15,823 bases of DNA from Vulcanimicrobiota bacterium (GTDB lineage: Bacteria; Vulcanimicrobiota; Vulcanimicrobiia; Vulcanimicrobiales; Vulcanimicrobiaceae), in contig PKZK01000046.1 of NCBI GenBank assembly GCA_003133025.1, positions 1 through 15,823 of the forward strand. The letters are read 5' to 3'. The notes under the pieces were generated by a model that did no database searches, was not told the origin of the DNA, and worked only from the letters and a program-made list of their open reading frames with translations. Shown here piece after piece: positions 8,424 to 15,823 of this stretch (the first letter of the stretch is position 1; each line of letters begins with the position of its first letter). The position numbers and the translations under genes were made by a program.

Positions 8424-9344
8424 GTGGCTCAAGCCGTAGCGGTGAGCGAGACCCGCGAACGCAAGGCCGCAAACAGCGCGCGCGGCCGGCGGGCCGTCGA
8501 CCGCTTGGCGACGGGCGCCCTGTGGGCGATGGCGCTGTTCGTCGTGCTCTTGCTGGCGCTCTTCGTCTGCTACATGTTCTATCTCGGCGCGGGTTCCATC
8601 TCGTGGCACTTTCTGACCGGACTGCCCAGCGAATTGACCGCCGGCGGCGGCGTGGGTCCGGAGATCTTCAACTCGTTCTACATCCTGATCCTGACGCTGC
8701 TCATGACGGTGCCGATCGCCCTCGCGGCGGGCATCTTCTTGCAAGAATATTCGCGCACGGGCTTGTTCCGCGAAACCGTGCAGTTCAGCGCGGAGTCGCT
8801 GGCCACCGTGCCCTCGATCGTCATGGGCCTCTTCGGATTGCTCGTCTTCGTGCAGACGCTGCGCTGGGGTTTCTCGGCGCTGGCCGGCGCCGTGACCCTG
8901 ACGCTCTTGAACCTGCCCGCGCTCATGCGCGTCACGCAAGAGGCCCTGGCCGGCGTGCCCGCGACCTATCGCGAAGCGTCGATGGCCCTGGGCGGCACGA
9001 AGTGGCAGACGATCGTGCGCGCCGTCTTGCCCAGCGCCGTGGGACCGATGACCACCGGCATCGTGCTGATCTCGGGACGCATTTTCGGCGAGACCGCCGC
9101 GTTGATCTACACCGCGGGTACGAGCGTCGCGCACGGCAATGGCGCGTACGATTTCAACCCGTTCCACACCGCCGAGACGCTCGCCGTGCACCTCTGGTAC
9201 ACCCATTCCGAAGCGCTGATTCCCGACGTCGATCGGATAGGAAACGGCTCGGCCTTGGTGCTACTCGTGATGGTCTTGATCTTCAACGTGGTCGCCCGGG
9301 TCGTCGGCCGCCAATTGACCGTCAGACTCACCGGAAAGGGCTAA
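8424..9344 (+). CDS. pstA: Phosphate ABC transporter permease PstA
   Basis: Part of ORF 8124..9344. Start reassigned to GTG 8424, just after the pstC stop. Motifs [61 protein letters not shown]. Confidence 0.92.
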   Translation: MAQAVAVSETRERKAANSARGRRAVDRLATGALWAMALFVVLLLALFVCYMFYLGAGSISWHFLTGLPSELTAGGGVGPEIFNSFYILILTLLMTVPIALAAGIFLQEYSRTGLFRETVQFSAESLATVPSIVMGLFGLLVFVQTLRWGFSALAGAVTLTLLNLPALMRVTQEALAGVPATYREASMALGGTKWQTIVRAVLPSAVGPMTTGIVLISGRIFGETAALIYTAGTSVAHGNGAYDFNPFHTAETLAVHLWYTHSEALIPDVDRIGNGSALVLLVMVLIFNVVARVVGRQLTVRLTGKG

Positions 9345-9348
9345 CGGA

Positions 9349-10134
9349 GTGCAGGTAACCGTGCCGACCGAGAAACGCAGCCTCGATAAGATGAAGATCG
9401 AGGACATGAACGTGTATTACGGCGCGTTCCAAGCGATCAAACACGGTTCGCTCGACGTGCCGGAAAATAAGGTCATGGCCCTGATCGGGCCCTCGGGCTG
9501 CGGCAAGTCGACGTTCTTACGTGCGCTCAACCGCATGCACGACTTGACGCCCGGTGCGCGCGTGACCGGCAAAATCACGCTCGACGGCCAAGACATCTAC
9601 GCCGACGACGTCGACCCCGTCACCGTGCGGCACCGCATCGGCATGGTCTTCCAGCGGCCCAATCCGTTCCCGAAGTCGATCTTCGAGAACGTGGTCTACG
9701 GCCCGAAGATTCACGGCGAGAACAATCAAAAGAAACTCATGGAAATCTGCGAGCGCAGCCTGCGCTCGGCGGCGCTCTGGGACGAAGTGAAAGACCGGCT
9801 CAACCGCTCCGCACTCGACCTCTCGGGCGGTCAGCAGCAGCGCCTGTGCATCGCACGCGTGCTCGCGGTCGAGCCCGAAGTGATCCTCATGGACGAGCCG
9901 GCCTCGGCGCTCGACCCGATCGCGACCTCCAAGATCGAGGATCTGATCGGCGAGTTGAAGCGGGAGTACACGGTAATCATCGTGACCCACTCCATGCAGC
10001 AGGCGGCACGCATCTCCGACTTCACCACGTTCTTTCTGCTGGGCGAATTGATCGAGGTCGGCACCACCTCCGAAATCTTCACGCGCCCCAAGGACAAGCG
10101 GACCGAAGACTACATCACCGGCCGCTACGGTTAG
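9349..10134 (+). CDS. pstB: Phosphate ABC transporter ATP-binding protein PstB
   Basis: Walker [34 protein letters not shown], signature [13 protein letters not shown], Walker [28 protein letters not shown]-terminal [10 protein letters not shown]. Confidence 0.96.
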   Translation: MQVTVPTEKRSLDKMKIEDMNVYYGAFQAIKHGSLDVPENKVMALIGPSGCGKSTFLRALNRMHDLTPGARVTGKITLDGQDIYADDVDPVTVRHRIGMVFQRPNPFPKSIFENVVYGPKIHGENNQKKLMEICERSLRSAALWDEVKDRLNRSALDLSGGQQQRLCIARVLAVEPEVILMDEPASALDPIATSKIEDLIGELKREYTVIIVTHSMQQAARISDFTTFFLLGELIEVGTTSEIFTRPKDKRTEDYITGRYG

Positions 10135-10184
10135 GAGCGTCGGGAACCGGGGTAGCGGGCCGCCCGGCGCGAAGCGCTCGGCAT

Positions 10185-11270
10185 ATGGCGACTCAGACGC
10201 TTCGCGACGTTTTGGACCGGCCGGTGCCCCGCGAGATGGCGGCGCTGGTGAAGACCTCGGCCGGCCCCGGCCTCGAGAAGAAGACGGTACCGGTTCCCTC
10301 GCTGGGCCCCTCCGACGTGCTGATCCGCGTCCGTAAGGCGGGCATCTGCGGCACCGACAACCATATCTACACGTGGGACCAGTGGGCGCAGCGGCGAGTC
10401 GTGCCGCCGCTCATCGTGGGTCACGAATTCATGGGCGTGGTGGCGGCGGTCGGCGAGGCGGTCAACTCGGTCAGCGTCGGCGACCGGGTCTCCGCCGAGG
10501 GGCACATCTCGTGCGGACTCTGCTTGATGTGCCGCACCGGCGAAGCGCACATCTGCGAGCGCGTGAAGATCATCGGCGTCGACATCGACGGCGCGTTCGC
10601 CGAGTACATCAAGATGCCGGCGCTCAACGTGTGGAAGCTCGACGAGGCGATCCCCGACGACTTCGCGGCCATCTTCGATCCGCTGGGCAACGCGGTGCAC
10701 ACGGTGATGGCCGCGGGCGTCAGCACGAAGAGCGTCGTGATCACGGGCGTCGGCTCGATCGGCTTGATGGCCATTCCGGTGGCGCGCGCGGCCGGCGCGG
10801 CGGCGGTCTACGCGATCGACGTGAACCCCAAGAAGCTCGAACTCGCCGAGCGCGTCGGAGCGGATGCGGTGTTCCATGCCGCCGATCCCAACCTGATCGG
10901 CGAGATCCAGCGCCTGACCAACGGCGACGGCGCCGACGTGTTGCTGGAGATGTCGGGCAACGGTTCGGCGATCGACAACGGCTTGCACATGCTGCGCAAC
11001 GGCGGCCGCGCCGCGCTCTTGGGCATCCCCTCGAACGAGGTCAAGATCAATCTCGCCGAACGCATCATCTTCAAGGGCCTTACCGTGCTCGGCATCAACG
11101 GGCGCAAGATGTTCGAGACCTGGTACCAAACGCAGGCCCTCGTCAAGAGCGGCCGCGTCGACCTGCGTCCGATCATCACCCACGTCGTCCCGATGGACGA
11201 CTTTGCGAATGCCTTCGCCTTGATGGAATCCGGCGAGGCCGCGAAAATCGTCATGAGCCTGGAGAACTAA
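10185..11270 (+). CDS. tdh: L-threonine 3-dehydrogenase (Zn-dependent MDR family)
   Basis: Motifs GICGTDNHIYTWDQWAQ, GHEF, VSAEGHISCGLCLMCRTGEAHIC, IFDPLGNAVHT, ITGVGSIG, LEMSG, GINGRKMFETWYQ. Paired with kbl. The start is uncertain (ATG 10185 or ATG 10236). Confidence 0.93.
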   Translation: MATQTLRDVLDRPVPREMAALVKTSAGPGLEKKTVPVPSLGPSDVLIRVRKAGICGTDNHIYTWDQWAQRRVVPPLIVGHEFMGVVAAVGEAVNSVSVGDRVSAEGHISCGLCLMCRTGEAHICERVKIIGVDIDGAFAEYIKMPALNVWKLDEAIPDDFAAIFDPLGNAVHTVMAAGVSTKSVVITGVGSIGLMAIPVARAAGAAAVYAIDVNPKKLELAERVGADAVFHAADPNLIGEIQRLTNGDGADVLLEMSGNGSAIDNGLHMLRNGGRAALLGIPSNEVKINLAERIIFKGLTVLGINGRKMFETWYQTQALVKSGRVDLRPIITHVVPMDDFANAFALMESGEAAKIVMSLEN

Positions 11271-11274
11271 AGCG

Positions 11275-12471
11275 ATGAACCAAACCTTCGACACGGCGCT
11301 GCGCCGCGATCTCGACGCGCTGGAGGCCGCAGGCACCTATAAGCATCTGCGCCACTTGACCGGCCCGATGGCCGCCGAAGTGCACATGCGCGAAGCGGGC
11401 GACGTGATCGTGCTCTCGAGCAACAACTATTTGGGCTTGGCCGATCATCCCGAGGTCGTGGCGGCGGGCATCGCGGGCCTGCAGAAGTACGGGGCGGGCA
11501 CGGCTTCGGTGCGTTTCATCTGCGGCACGCTCGACATCCACCAGCGGCTCGAGGAGAAGCTGGCAGCGTTTTTGCGTTTCGACGCGGCGCTGAGTTACGT
11601 GTCGTGCTGGGCTGCGAACGAAGGTTTGCTGCCCACGATCGCGACCGCGGGCAACACCTTGATTTCCGACGAACTCAATCACGCCTCGATCATCGACGGC
11701 TGCCGGCTCTCGGGCGCCAAGAAGCTGCGCTACAAGCACAGCGACATGGCCGATCTCGAGGCGCGCTTGCAAGAGGCGGTGGGCACGCCCTTCATCGTGA
11801 CCGACGGCGTGTTTTCGATGGAAGGCGACTTGGCCAAGCTGCCCGAGATCGTGGCCCTGGCCGAGCGCTATCATGCGGTCACGATCGTCGACGATAGCCA
11901 CGGCACGGGCGTCACGGGACCCACCGGCCGCGGCACGATCGAGCACTTCGGCTTGGAAGGCCGCATCGACGTGCTCACCGGCACGCTGGGCAAGGCCCTG
12001 GGCGGGGCCGCCGGCGGCTTCGTTGCCGGCAGCAAGGCGCTGATCGAAACCCTGATCCAGAAATCGCGCACGCAGTTGTTTTCGAATGCGCTGCCGGCCA
12101 CCGTCGCGGCGTCGGCGCTGCGCGCGGTGGAGCTGCTGGAAAGCAAGCCGGAACTGTTGGCCAAGCAGCGAGCCAACGTCGCCTATTTTCGCGCGGGTCT
12201 GGAACGGCTCGGCTTCAAGCCGTTGCCGGGCGAGAGCGCGATCGTGCCGATCATCGTCGGCGAGACGGCCTTTGCGATTGCGGTCAGCAACCGGCTTCTC
12301 GACGAGGGCATCTTCGTGACGGGCTTCGGCTTCCCGGTAGTGCCCGAGGGCACGGCGCGCATCCGCGTGCAGATGAGCGCCGGCCTCGACACCGCGCAAC
12401 TCGACCGCGCGCTCGCGGCCTTCGAAAAAGTCGGCCGCGAACTGGGTCTGCTGGGCAGTGTTCCGGCCTAA
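11275..12471 (+). CDS. kbl: Glycine C-acetyltransferase (2-amino-3-ketobutyrate CoA ligase), PLP-dependent
   Basis: Motifs SNNYLGLADHP, GTASVRFICGT, SDELNHASIIDGCRL, TDGVFSMEGD, DDSHG, PLP lysine in TGTLGKALGG, FPVVPEGTARIRVQMSA. Starts 4 nt after tdh. Confidence 0.93.
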   Translation: MNQTFDTALRRDLDALEAAGTYKHLRHLTGPMAAEVHMREAGDVIVLSSNNYLGLADHPEVVAAGIAGLQKYGAGTASVRFICGTLDIHQRLEEKLAAFLRFDAALSYVSCWAANEGLLPTIATAGNTLISDELNHASIIDGCRLSGAKKLRYKHSDMADLEARLQEAVGTPFIVTDGVFSMEGDLAKLPEIVALAERYHAVTIVDDSHGTGVTGPTGRGTIEHFGLEGRIDVLTGTLGKALGGAAGGFVAGSKALIETLIQKSRTQLFSNALPATVAASALRAVELLESKPELLAKQRANVAYFRAGLERLGFKPLPGESAIVPIIVGETAFAIAVSNRLLDEGIFVTGFGFPVVPEGTARIRVQMSAGLDTAQLDRALAAFEKVGRELGLLGSVPA

Positions 12472-13063
12472 GGCCGTTCTCGCGGCCTGCGCCGGCATCG
12501 CCGGAGTTGCCGCGCTCTGCGCCGTCGCGCGCGCGGACCTCACCTTCGAGGCTCCGCCGGGATGGGTCAACGATCACGTGCACAGCAAGCCGATCCGGCT
12601 CGACGATAAGGCGAACGTGGCGCTCGTCGGCCGGTTTTCGCCCGCCGACAAAAGCGGCGCGCGTATCGAAATCTACGCGTACGACGACACGGAATCGTAC
12701 GCCCTGCGCGTCCAGTATCTGCGCTCACACATTGACGCGATGGGCGACCAATTCTTCATCGGCGCTCACCCTGCAGCCCGGCAAGTAACGCAGGACGACG
12801 ACGTCGAGATCTGCGCGGGCATCGGCAAGGGCCACCTTTTCGCCTTCGTCGACAACGCGATCGGCAACCCTCATCCGCTCGCCGGCGAGTTTCTCTTCGT
12901 CGACAACGGAGCGCAGCGTTATCTGCTCGCCTACACGCGTCCCTCCGGTGCTGCGGCCGATCCCGCCGCGTCGGCGGCGCTGCGTTCGGTCTGTCCGAAA
13001 CCGCTCGCGAAGCCGTCGCCCGAAGCCGATGTCCCGGCCACGCCCGCGCCCACCGGAACGTAA
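12458..13063 (+). CDS. Secreted hypothetical protein A (201 aa), possible PsbP/Mog1-like fold, Pro/Ala/Thr-rich tail
   Basis: GTG start overlaps the kbl end. Signal-peptide-like N-terminus ends ARA-D. Shares motifs with the downstream ORF (TF..P.GW, D..C.G...H, Y.R....D.....AL...C). The fold is inferred only. Confidence 0.7.
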   Translation: MFRPKAVLAACAGIAGVAALCAVARADLTFEAPPGWVNDHVHSKPIRLDDKANVALVGRFSPADKSGARIEIYAYDDTESYALRVQYLRSHIDAMGDQFFIGAHPAARQVTQDDDVEICAGIGKGHLFAFVDNAIGNPHPLAGEFLFVDNGAQRYLLAYTRPSGAAADPAASAALRSVCPKPLAKPSPEADVPATPAPTGT

Positions 13064-13119
13064 AGCCGCGGTTTCTTCGGCAGGCCTCGACGGGGCAGTG
13101 CGGAGAATCCGCCGCCTTC

Positions 13120-13143
13120 CGCCGCGCATCAACGCGGCGCTTT
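13120..13143 (+). terminator. Possible weak intrinsic terminator
   Basis: Stem CGCCGCG / CGCGGCG with loop CATCAA, followed by only CTTT. The short U-tract makes this doubtful. Confidence 0.2.
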
Positions 13144-13169
13144 AGGCATCCCTAGGAGCACCGCCAACA

Positions 13170-13643
13170 ATGACGTTCAAGACCCTCGTTTCCATCGCGG
13201 CCGCGTCGGTGGCATTGAGCCTCGCAACGGCCGCTTCGGCGGCGGTGACCTTCGTCGGCCCGGACGGCTGGAGCCACTCCGGCCAGCCTTCGCCCGACGG
13301 TAAGGTCCAGTTCGACCAGTGGAAACTCGGCGGCGATCCGCCGCAGACGGTGACCGTCATTCAGGATTCGGGCACGTCGTTCGCCGACTCTCTGGCGGCC
13401 GTGAAGACCAACTTCTCCAACAATAAGATCCGCCCGGCGATCGACAAGGATCAAGATTGCCTGGGCCGCCCTTCGCACGTCGTCGAATATACGGTCGGCC
13501 CCGACGGGCACCAGATCACGGTCAACCGGCTGATCGTGCCCGACGGCGCGGGCGTGGTCACCATAACCTACGCACGCGGACAGAAGGACGACTTCGACAG
13601 CGACGTGCGCAAGGCGCTGACCACCTTCTGCGCGGGCAAGTAG
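13170..13643 (+). CDS. Secreted hypothetical protein B (157 aa), paralog of protein A
   Basis: AGGAG at 13154-13158. Clear signal peptide ending ASA-A. GC-biased third codon positions. Motifs AAVTFVGPDGW, DKDQDCLGRPSH, ITYARG, ALTTFC. Confidence 0.82.
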   Translation: MTFKTLVSIAAASVALSLATAASAAVTFVGPDGWSHSGQPSPDGKVQFDQWKLGGDPPQTVTVIQDSGTSFADSLAAVKTNFSNNKIRPAIDKDQDCLGRPSHVVEYTVGPDGHQITVNRLIVPDGAGVVTITYARGQKDDFDSDVRKALTTFCAGK

Positions 13644-13648
13644 TCTAA

Positions 13649-13671
13649 AGCCGAACGGTTCAGCCGAACGG
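13649..13671 (+). repeat. Exact 10-bp direct repeat AGCCGAACGG x2 (13-bp period) upstream of the kdp operon
   Basis: Copies at 13649-13658 and 13662-13671, read directly from the sequence. Confidence 0.6.
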
Positions 13672-13698
13672 CGGCTCCCGCTCACGCCCTCGCAGGGC

Positions 13699-13704
13699 TA
13701 GCAT
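13699..13704 (+). promoter_or_regulatory. Putative -10 element TAGCAT of a leaderless kdp transcript
   Basis: TAGCAT-N7-ATG(13712). There is no strong Shine-Dalgarno before this ATG. Confidence 0.5.
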
Positions 13705-13711
13705 TGGCGGG

Positions 13712-13807
13712 ATGAATGCCGTCGTTCTCGAGGCCGCGTTAGTCGCGCTCTCGCTCCTGTGTTTCTGGTTGCTCGACCGGTACGCGATCGGTTGCGAGCG
13801 GCTGTGA
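13712..13807 (+). CDS. Small single-TM membrane peptide upstream of kdpF (31 aa), probable Kdp accessory peptide
   Basis: Not in the ORF track. Reads MNAVVLEAALVALSLLCFWLLDRYAIGCERL*. Hydrophobic core with a GCERL C-terminus. Its stop overlaps the kdpF start (GTGA at 13804-13807). Confidence 0.72.
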   Translation: MNAVVLEAALVALSLLCFWLLDRYAIGCERL

Positions 13808-13893
13808 GTTTCGATCTCGGCATCGGCCTCGTGCTCTCGGTGGCGGCGCTCGCGTACGTAACGTACGCGATGCTGCGCCCCGAACGATTTTAG
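13804..13893 (+). CDS. kdpF: K+-transporting ATPase subunit F (29 aa)
   Basis: Not in the ORF track. Reads MSFDLGIGLVLSVAALAYVTYAMLRPERF*, with the KdpF signature Y..YA.LRPERF, and ends 9 nt before kdpA. Confidence 0.9.
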   Translation: MSFDLGIGLVLSVAALAYVTYAMLRPERF

Positions 13894-13902
13894 TTCGCCC
13901 CG

Positions 13903-15603
13903 ATGAATCTCATCGGATGGCTCCAGGCCGCCGTCGTTTTCGGCGTGGTTTGCCTGCTCGTCAAGCCCCTCGGCACGTACCTGGCGCACGTGTTCGAGGG
14001 CGAGCGCGTGTGGTTGACGCCCGTGCTCGGACCGCTCGAACGCGCGCTCTACCGGCTCTGCCGCATCGACCCGGCGCGCGAGATGTCGTGGAAGGCGTAC
14101 GCCTTTGCCGTGCTGGCGTTCAGCCTGATCAGCTTCGTCTACCTGTACGTGTTGCTGCGCGTGCAGCAATTCTTGCCGCTCAACCCGCAAGGTTTCGCCG
14201 GTTTCACGCCCGACCTGGCCTGGAACACGGCCATCTCGTTCATGACCAATACGAATTGGCAATTCTACAGCGGCGAGTCGGCGCTGAGCTATCTCTCGCA
14301 GATGGCGGGCCTGGCTTGGCACAACTTCGTCTCGGCGGCGACCGGCTTGGCCATTGCGATTGCGGTGATCCGCGCGCTCGCGCGCCGCAATTCCGCCACG
14401 ATCGGCAACTTCTGGGTCGACCTGACGCGGGCCAATCTCTACGTCTTCTTGCCCATTTGTCTGCTTGGTGCGCTCGTGCTCTGCTGGCAGGGCGTGCCGC
14501 AAAACTTCAACGCGTACCCGACTGCGACGACGCTCGAAGGCGCGAAGCAATCGCTGCCGCAAGGGCCGATCGCGTCGCAGGAGATCATCAAGGAACTGGG
14601 CACCAACGGCGGCGGCTTCCTCAACGCCAACTCCGCCGCGCCGCAAGAGAACCCGACCGGCTTCAGCAACGTGCTCGAGTTGATCTGCATCTTCGCGCTG
14701 GGCGCGGCGCTGACGTACACGCTGGGCAAGTACCTGCGCGACCAGCGTCAAGGCTGGGTGCTCTTTGCCGCGATGAGCACGCTCTTCGTGGCGGGCTTCG
14801 TGGGCGCGTATGCGGCGGAGGCGGCGGGCAATCCGCTGATCCACGCGCTCGGGGTGAATGGCGGCAACTTCGAGGGCAAGGAGACGCGTTTCGGCATCGC
14901 CGCTTCGACGCTCTTCGCGGTGATGACCACCGACACGTCGTGCGGCGCGGTCAACGCGATGCACGATTCGTTCACGGCGCTCGGCGGCCTGATTCCGCTG
15001 ATCGACATGCAGCTCGGCGAGGTCGTCTTCGGCGGCGTCGGCTCGGGTTTGTACGGCATGATCGTGTTCGTGGTGCTGACCGTCTTCATCGCGGGCCTGA
15101 TGGTCGGCCGCACGCCCGAATACTTGGGCAAGAAGATCGAACGCCGCGAAGTGCAATTCGCGATCCTCGCGGCGCTGGTGGTGCCGGTGTTCGCGCTCGT
15201 GCCCGCGGCGCTGGCCTCGGTGCTGCCGGCCGGCACGGCGACGCTCGGCAATAGCGGGCCGCACGGCTTCAGCGAGATCCTCTACGCCTACACCTCGGGC
15301 GTGAACAATAACGGCTCGGCCTTCGCGGGTCTGGGATCGAATACGTGGTGGAACGTCTCGATGGGCGTGTCGATGCTCTTCGGGCGGTTGGCCATCGTCA
15401 TTCCAGTGTTGGCGCTGGCCGGCTCGCTGGCCGCAAAGCAATCGTTGCCGGCCACCGCAGGCACGTTCGGCACCACCTCGCCGATCTTCGTGATGCTGTT
15501 GCTCGGCGTGATCGTGATCGTCGGCGCGCTGACGTTCTTTCCGGCCGACGCGCTCGGACCGGTGGTCGAACACCTCCTCACGCTGCAAGGGAAGACGTAC
15601 TGA
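13903..15603 (+). CDS. kdpA: K+-transporting ATPase subunit A (566 aa)
   Basis: All four selectivity-filter motifs are present: TNTNWQ, GTNGGG, TSCGAVN, NNNGSAF. Also ENPT, EGKETRFG, GLMVGRTPEYLGKKIE, ALGPVVEHL. Confidence 0.97.
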   Translation: MNLIGWLQAAVVFGVVCLLVKPLGTYLAHVFEGERVWLTPVLGPLERALYRLCRIDPAREMSWKAYAFAVLAFSLISFVYLYVLLRVQQFLPLNPQGFAGFTPDLAWNTAISFMTNTNWQFYSGESALSYLSQMAGLAWHNFVSAATGLAIAIAVIRALARRNSATIGNFWVDLTRANLYVFLPICLLGALVLCWQGVPQNFNAYPTATTLEGAKQSLPQGPIASQEIIKELGTNGGGFLNANSAAPQENPTGFSNVLELICIFALGAALTYTLGKYLRDQRQGWVLFAAMSTLFVAGFVGAYAAEAAGNPLIHALGVNGGNFEGKETRFGIAASTLFAVMTTDTSCGAVNAMHDSFTALGGLIPLIDMQLGEVVFGGVGSGLYGMIVFVVLTVFIAGLMVGRTPEYLGKKIERREVQFAILAALVVPVFALVPAALASVLPAGTATLGNSGPHGFSEILYAYTSGVNNNGSAFAGLGSNTWWNVSMGVSMLFGRLAIVIPVLALAGSLAAKQSLPATAGTFGTTSPIFVMLLLGVIVIVGALTFFPADALGPVVEHLLTLQGKTY

Positions 15604-15823
15604 TGGCGGCGCGTTCACGTTCGCTCCTCGACCGGGAATTGCTGGTTCCGGCGATTCGCGACTCATTCGTCAAGCTCGATCCACGCGTGCAGGCGCGCAA
15701 TCCGGTCATGTTCATCGTCGAGGCCGGCGCGCTCGTGTGTTCGCTGTGGGCCATTCGGGATCTGAGCAACGGGCACGCGCCCTTCGACCTCGCGATCGCG
15801 GCGTGGCTGTGGTTCACGGTGCT
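15603..15823 (+). CDS. kdpB: K+-transporting ATPase subunit B, 5' fragment truncated by window edge
   Basis: ATG 15603 overlaps the kdpA stop (TGATG). Reads MAARSRSLLDRELLVPAIRDSFVKLDPRVQARNPVMFIVEAG...AWLWFTV, with KLDPR, NPVMF and WLWFTVL-type KdpB motifs. Confidence 0.93.
   Translation, partial: MAARSRSLLDRELLVPAIRDSFVKLDPRVQARNPVMFIVEAGALVCSLWAIRDLSNGHAPFDLAIAAWLWFTV

Noticed and set aside
8124..10184. Extended starts for pstA (8124) and tdh (9846) given by the ORF track
   Set aside because: They overlap pstC and pstB by about 300 nt in other frames. Family homology starts at 8424 and at 10185/10236.
11275..12471. Alternative call as 8-amino-7-oxononanoate synthase (bioF)
   Set aside because: It is the same family, but the SVRFICGT and FPVVP..ARIRVQMSA motifs and coupling to tdh favour kbl.
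13660..15666. 668-aa antisense ORF opposite kdpA
   Set aside because: It is a stop-free antisense frame produced by GC-biased codon usage of kdpA and has no domain features.

Overview
GC-rich bacterial DNA with no rRNA, tRNA, CRISPR array or mobile element that I can support. The window appears to consist of two blocks joined near 1502-1531. The left block (1 to ~1530) holds the 3' end of a CAP/SCP-domain gene, an aldo/keto reductase, and the first ~115 codons of a glycerate 2-kinase (MOFRL/TtuD type). The right block is a phosphate/polyphosphate cluster: a Ppx/GppA exopolyphosphatase missing its N-terminus, a convergent CHAD-domain gene, a PhoB/PhoR-like two-component pair, two tandem pstS paralogs separated by an 11-bp-periodic TTAA array (Pho-box-like), and pstCAB with no phoU. 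These are followed by tdh-kbl, two paralogous secreted proteins of unknown function, and the start of a kdp operon (an extra 31-aa membrane peptide, kdpF, kdpA, partial kdpB). The most striking oddity is the in-frame glycerate kinase::Ppx fusion. Both halves lose essential motifs at a GC-rich stretch that fits both families, so it is more likely a chimeric assembly join or recombination scar than a new enzyme. The best candidates for new biology are the phoBR-coupled extra PstS, the pair of secreted two-Cys paralogs, and the probably leaderless peptide upstream of kdpF. All assignments come from motif recognition by eye; no searches were run.
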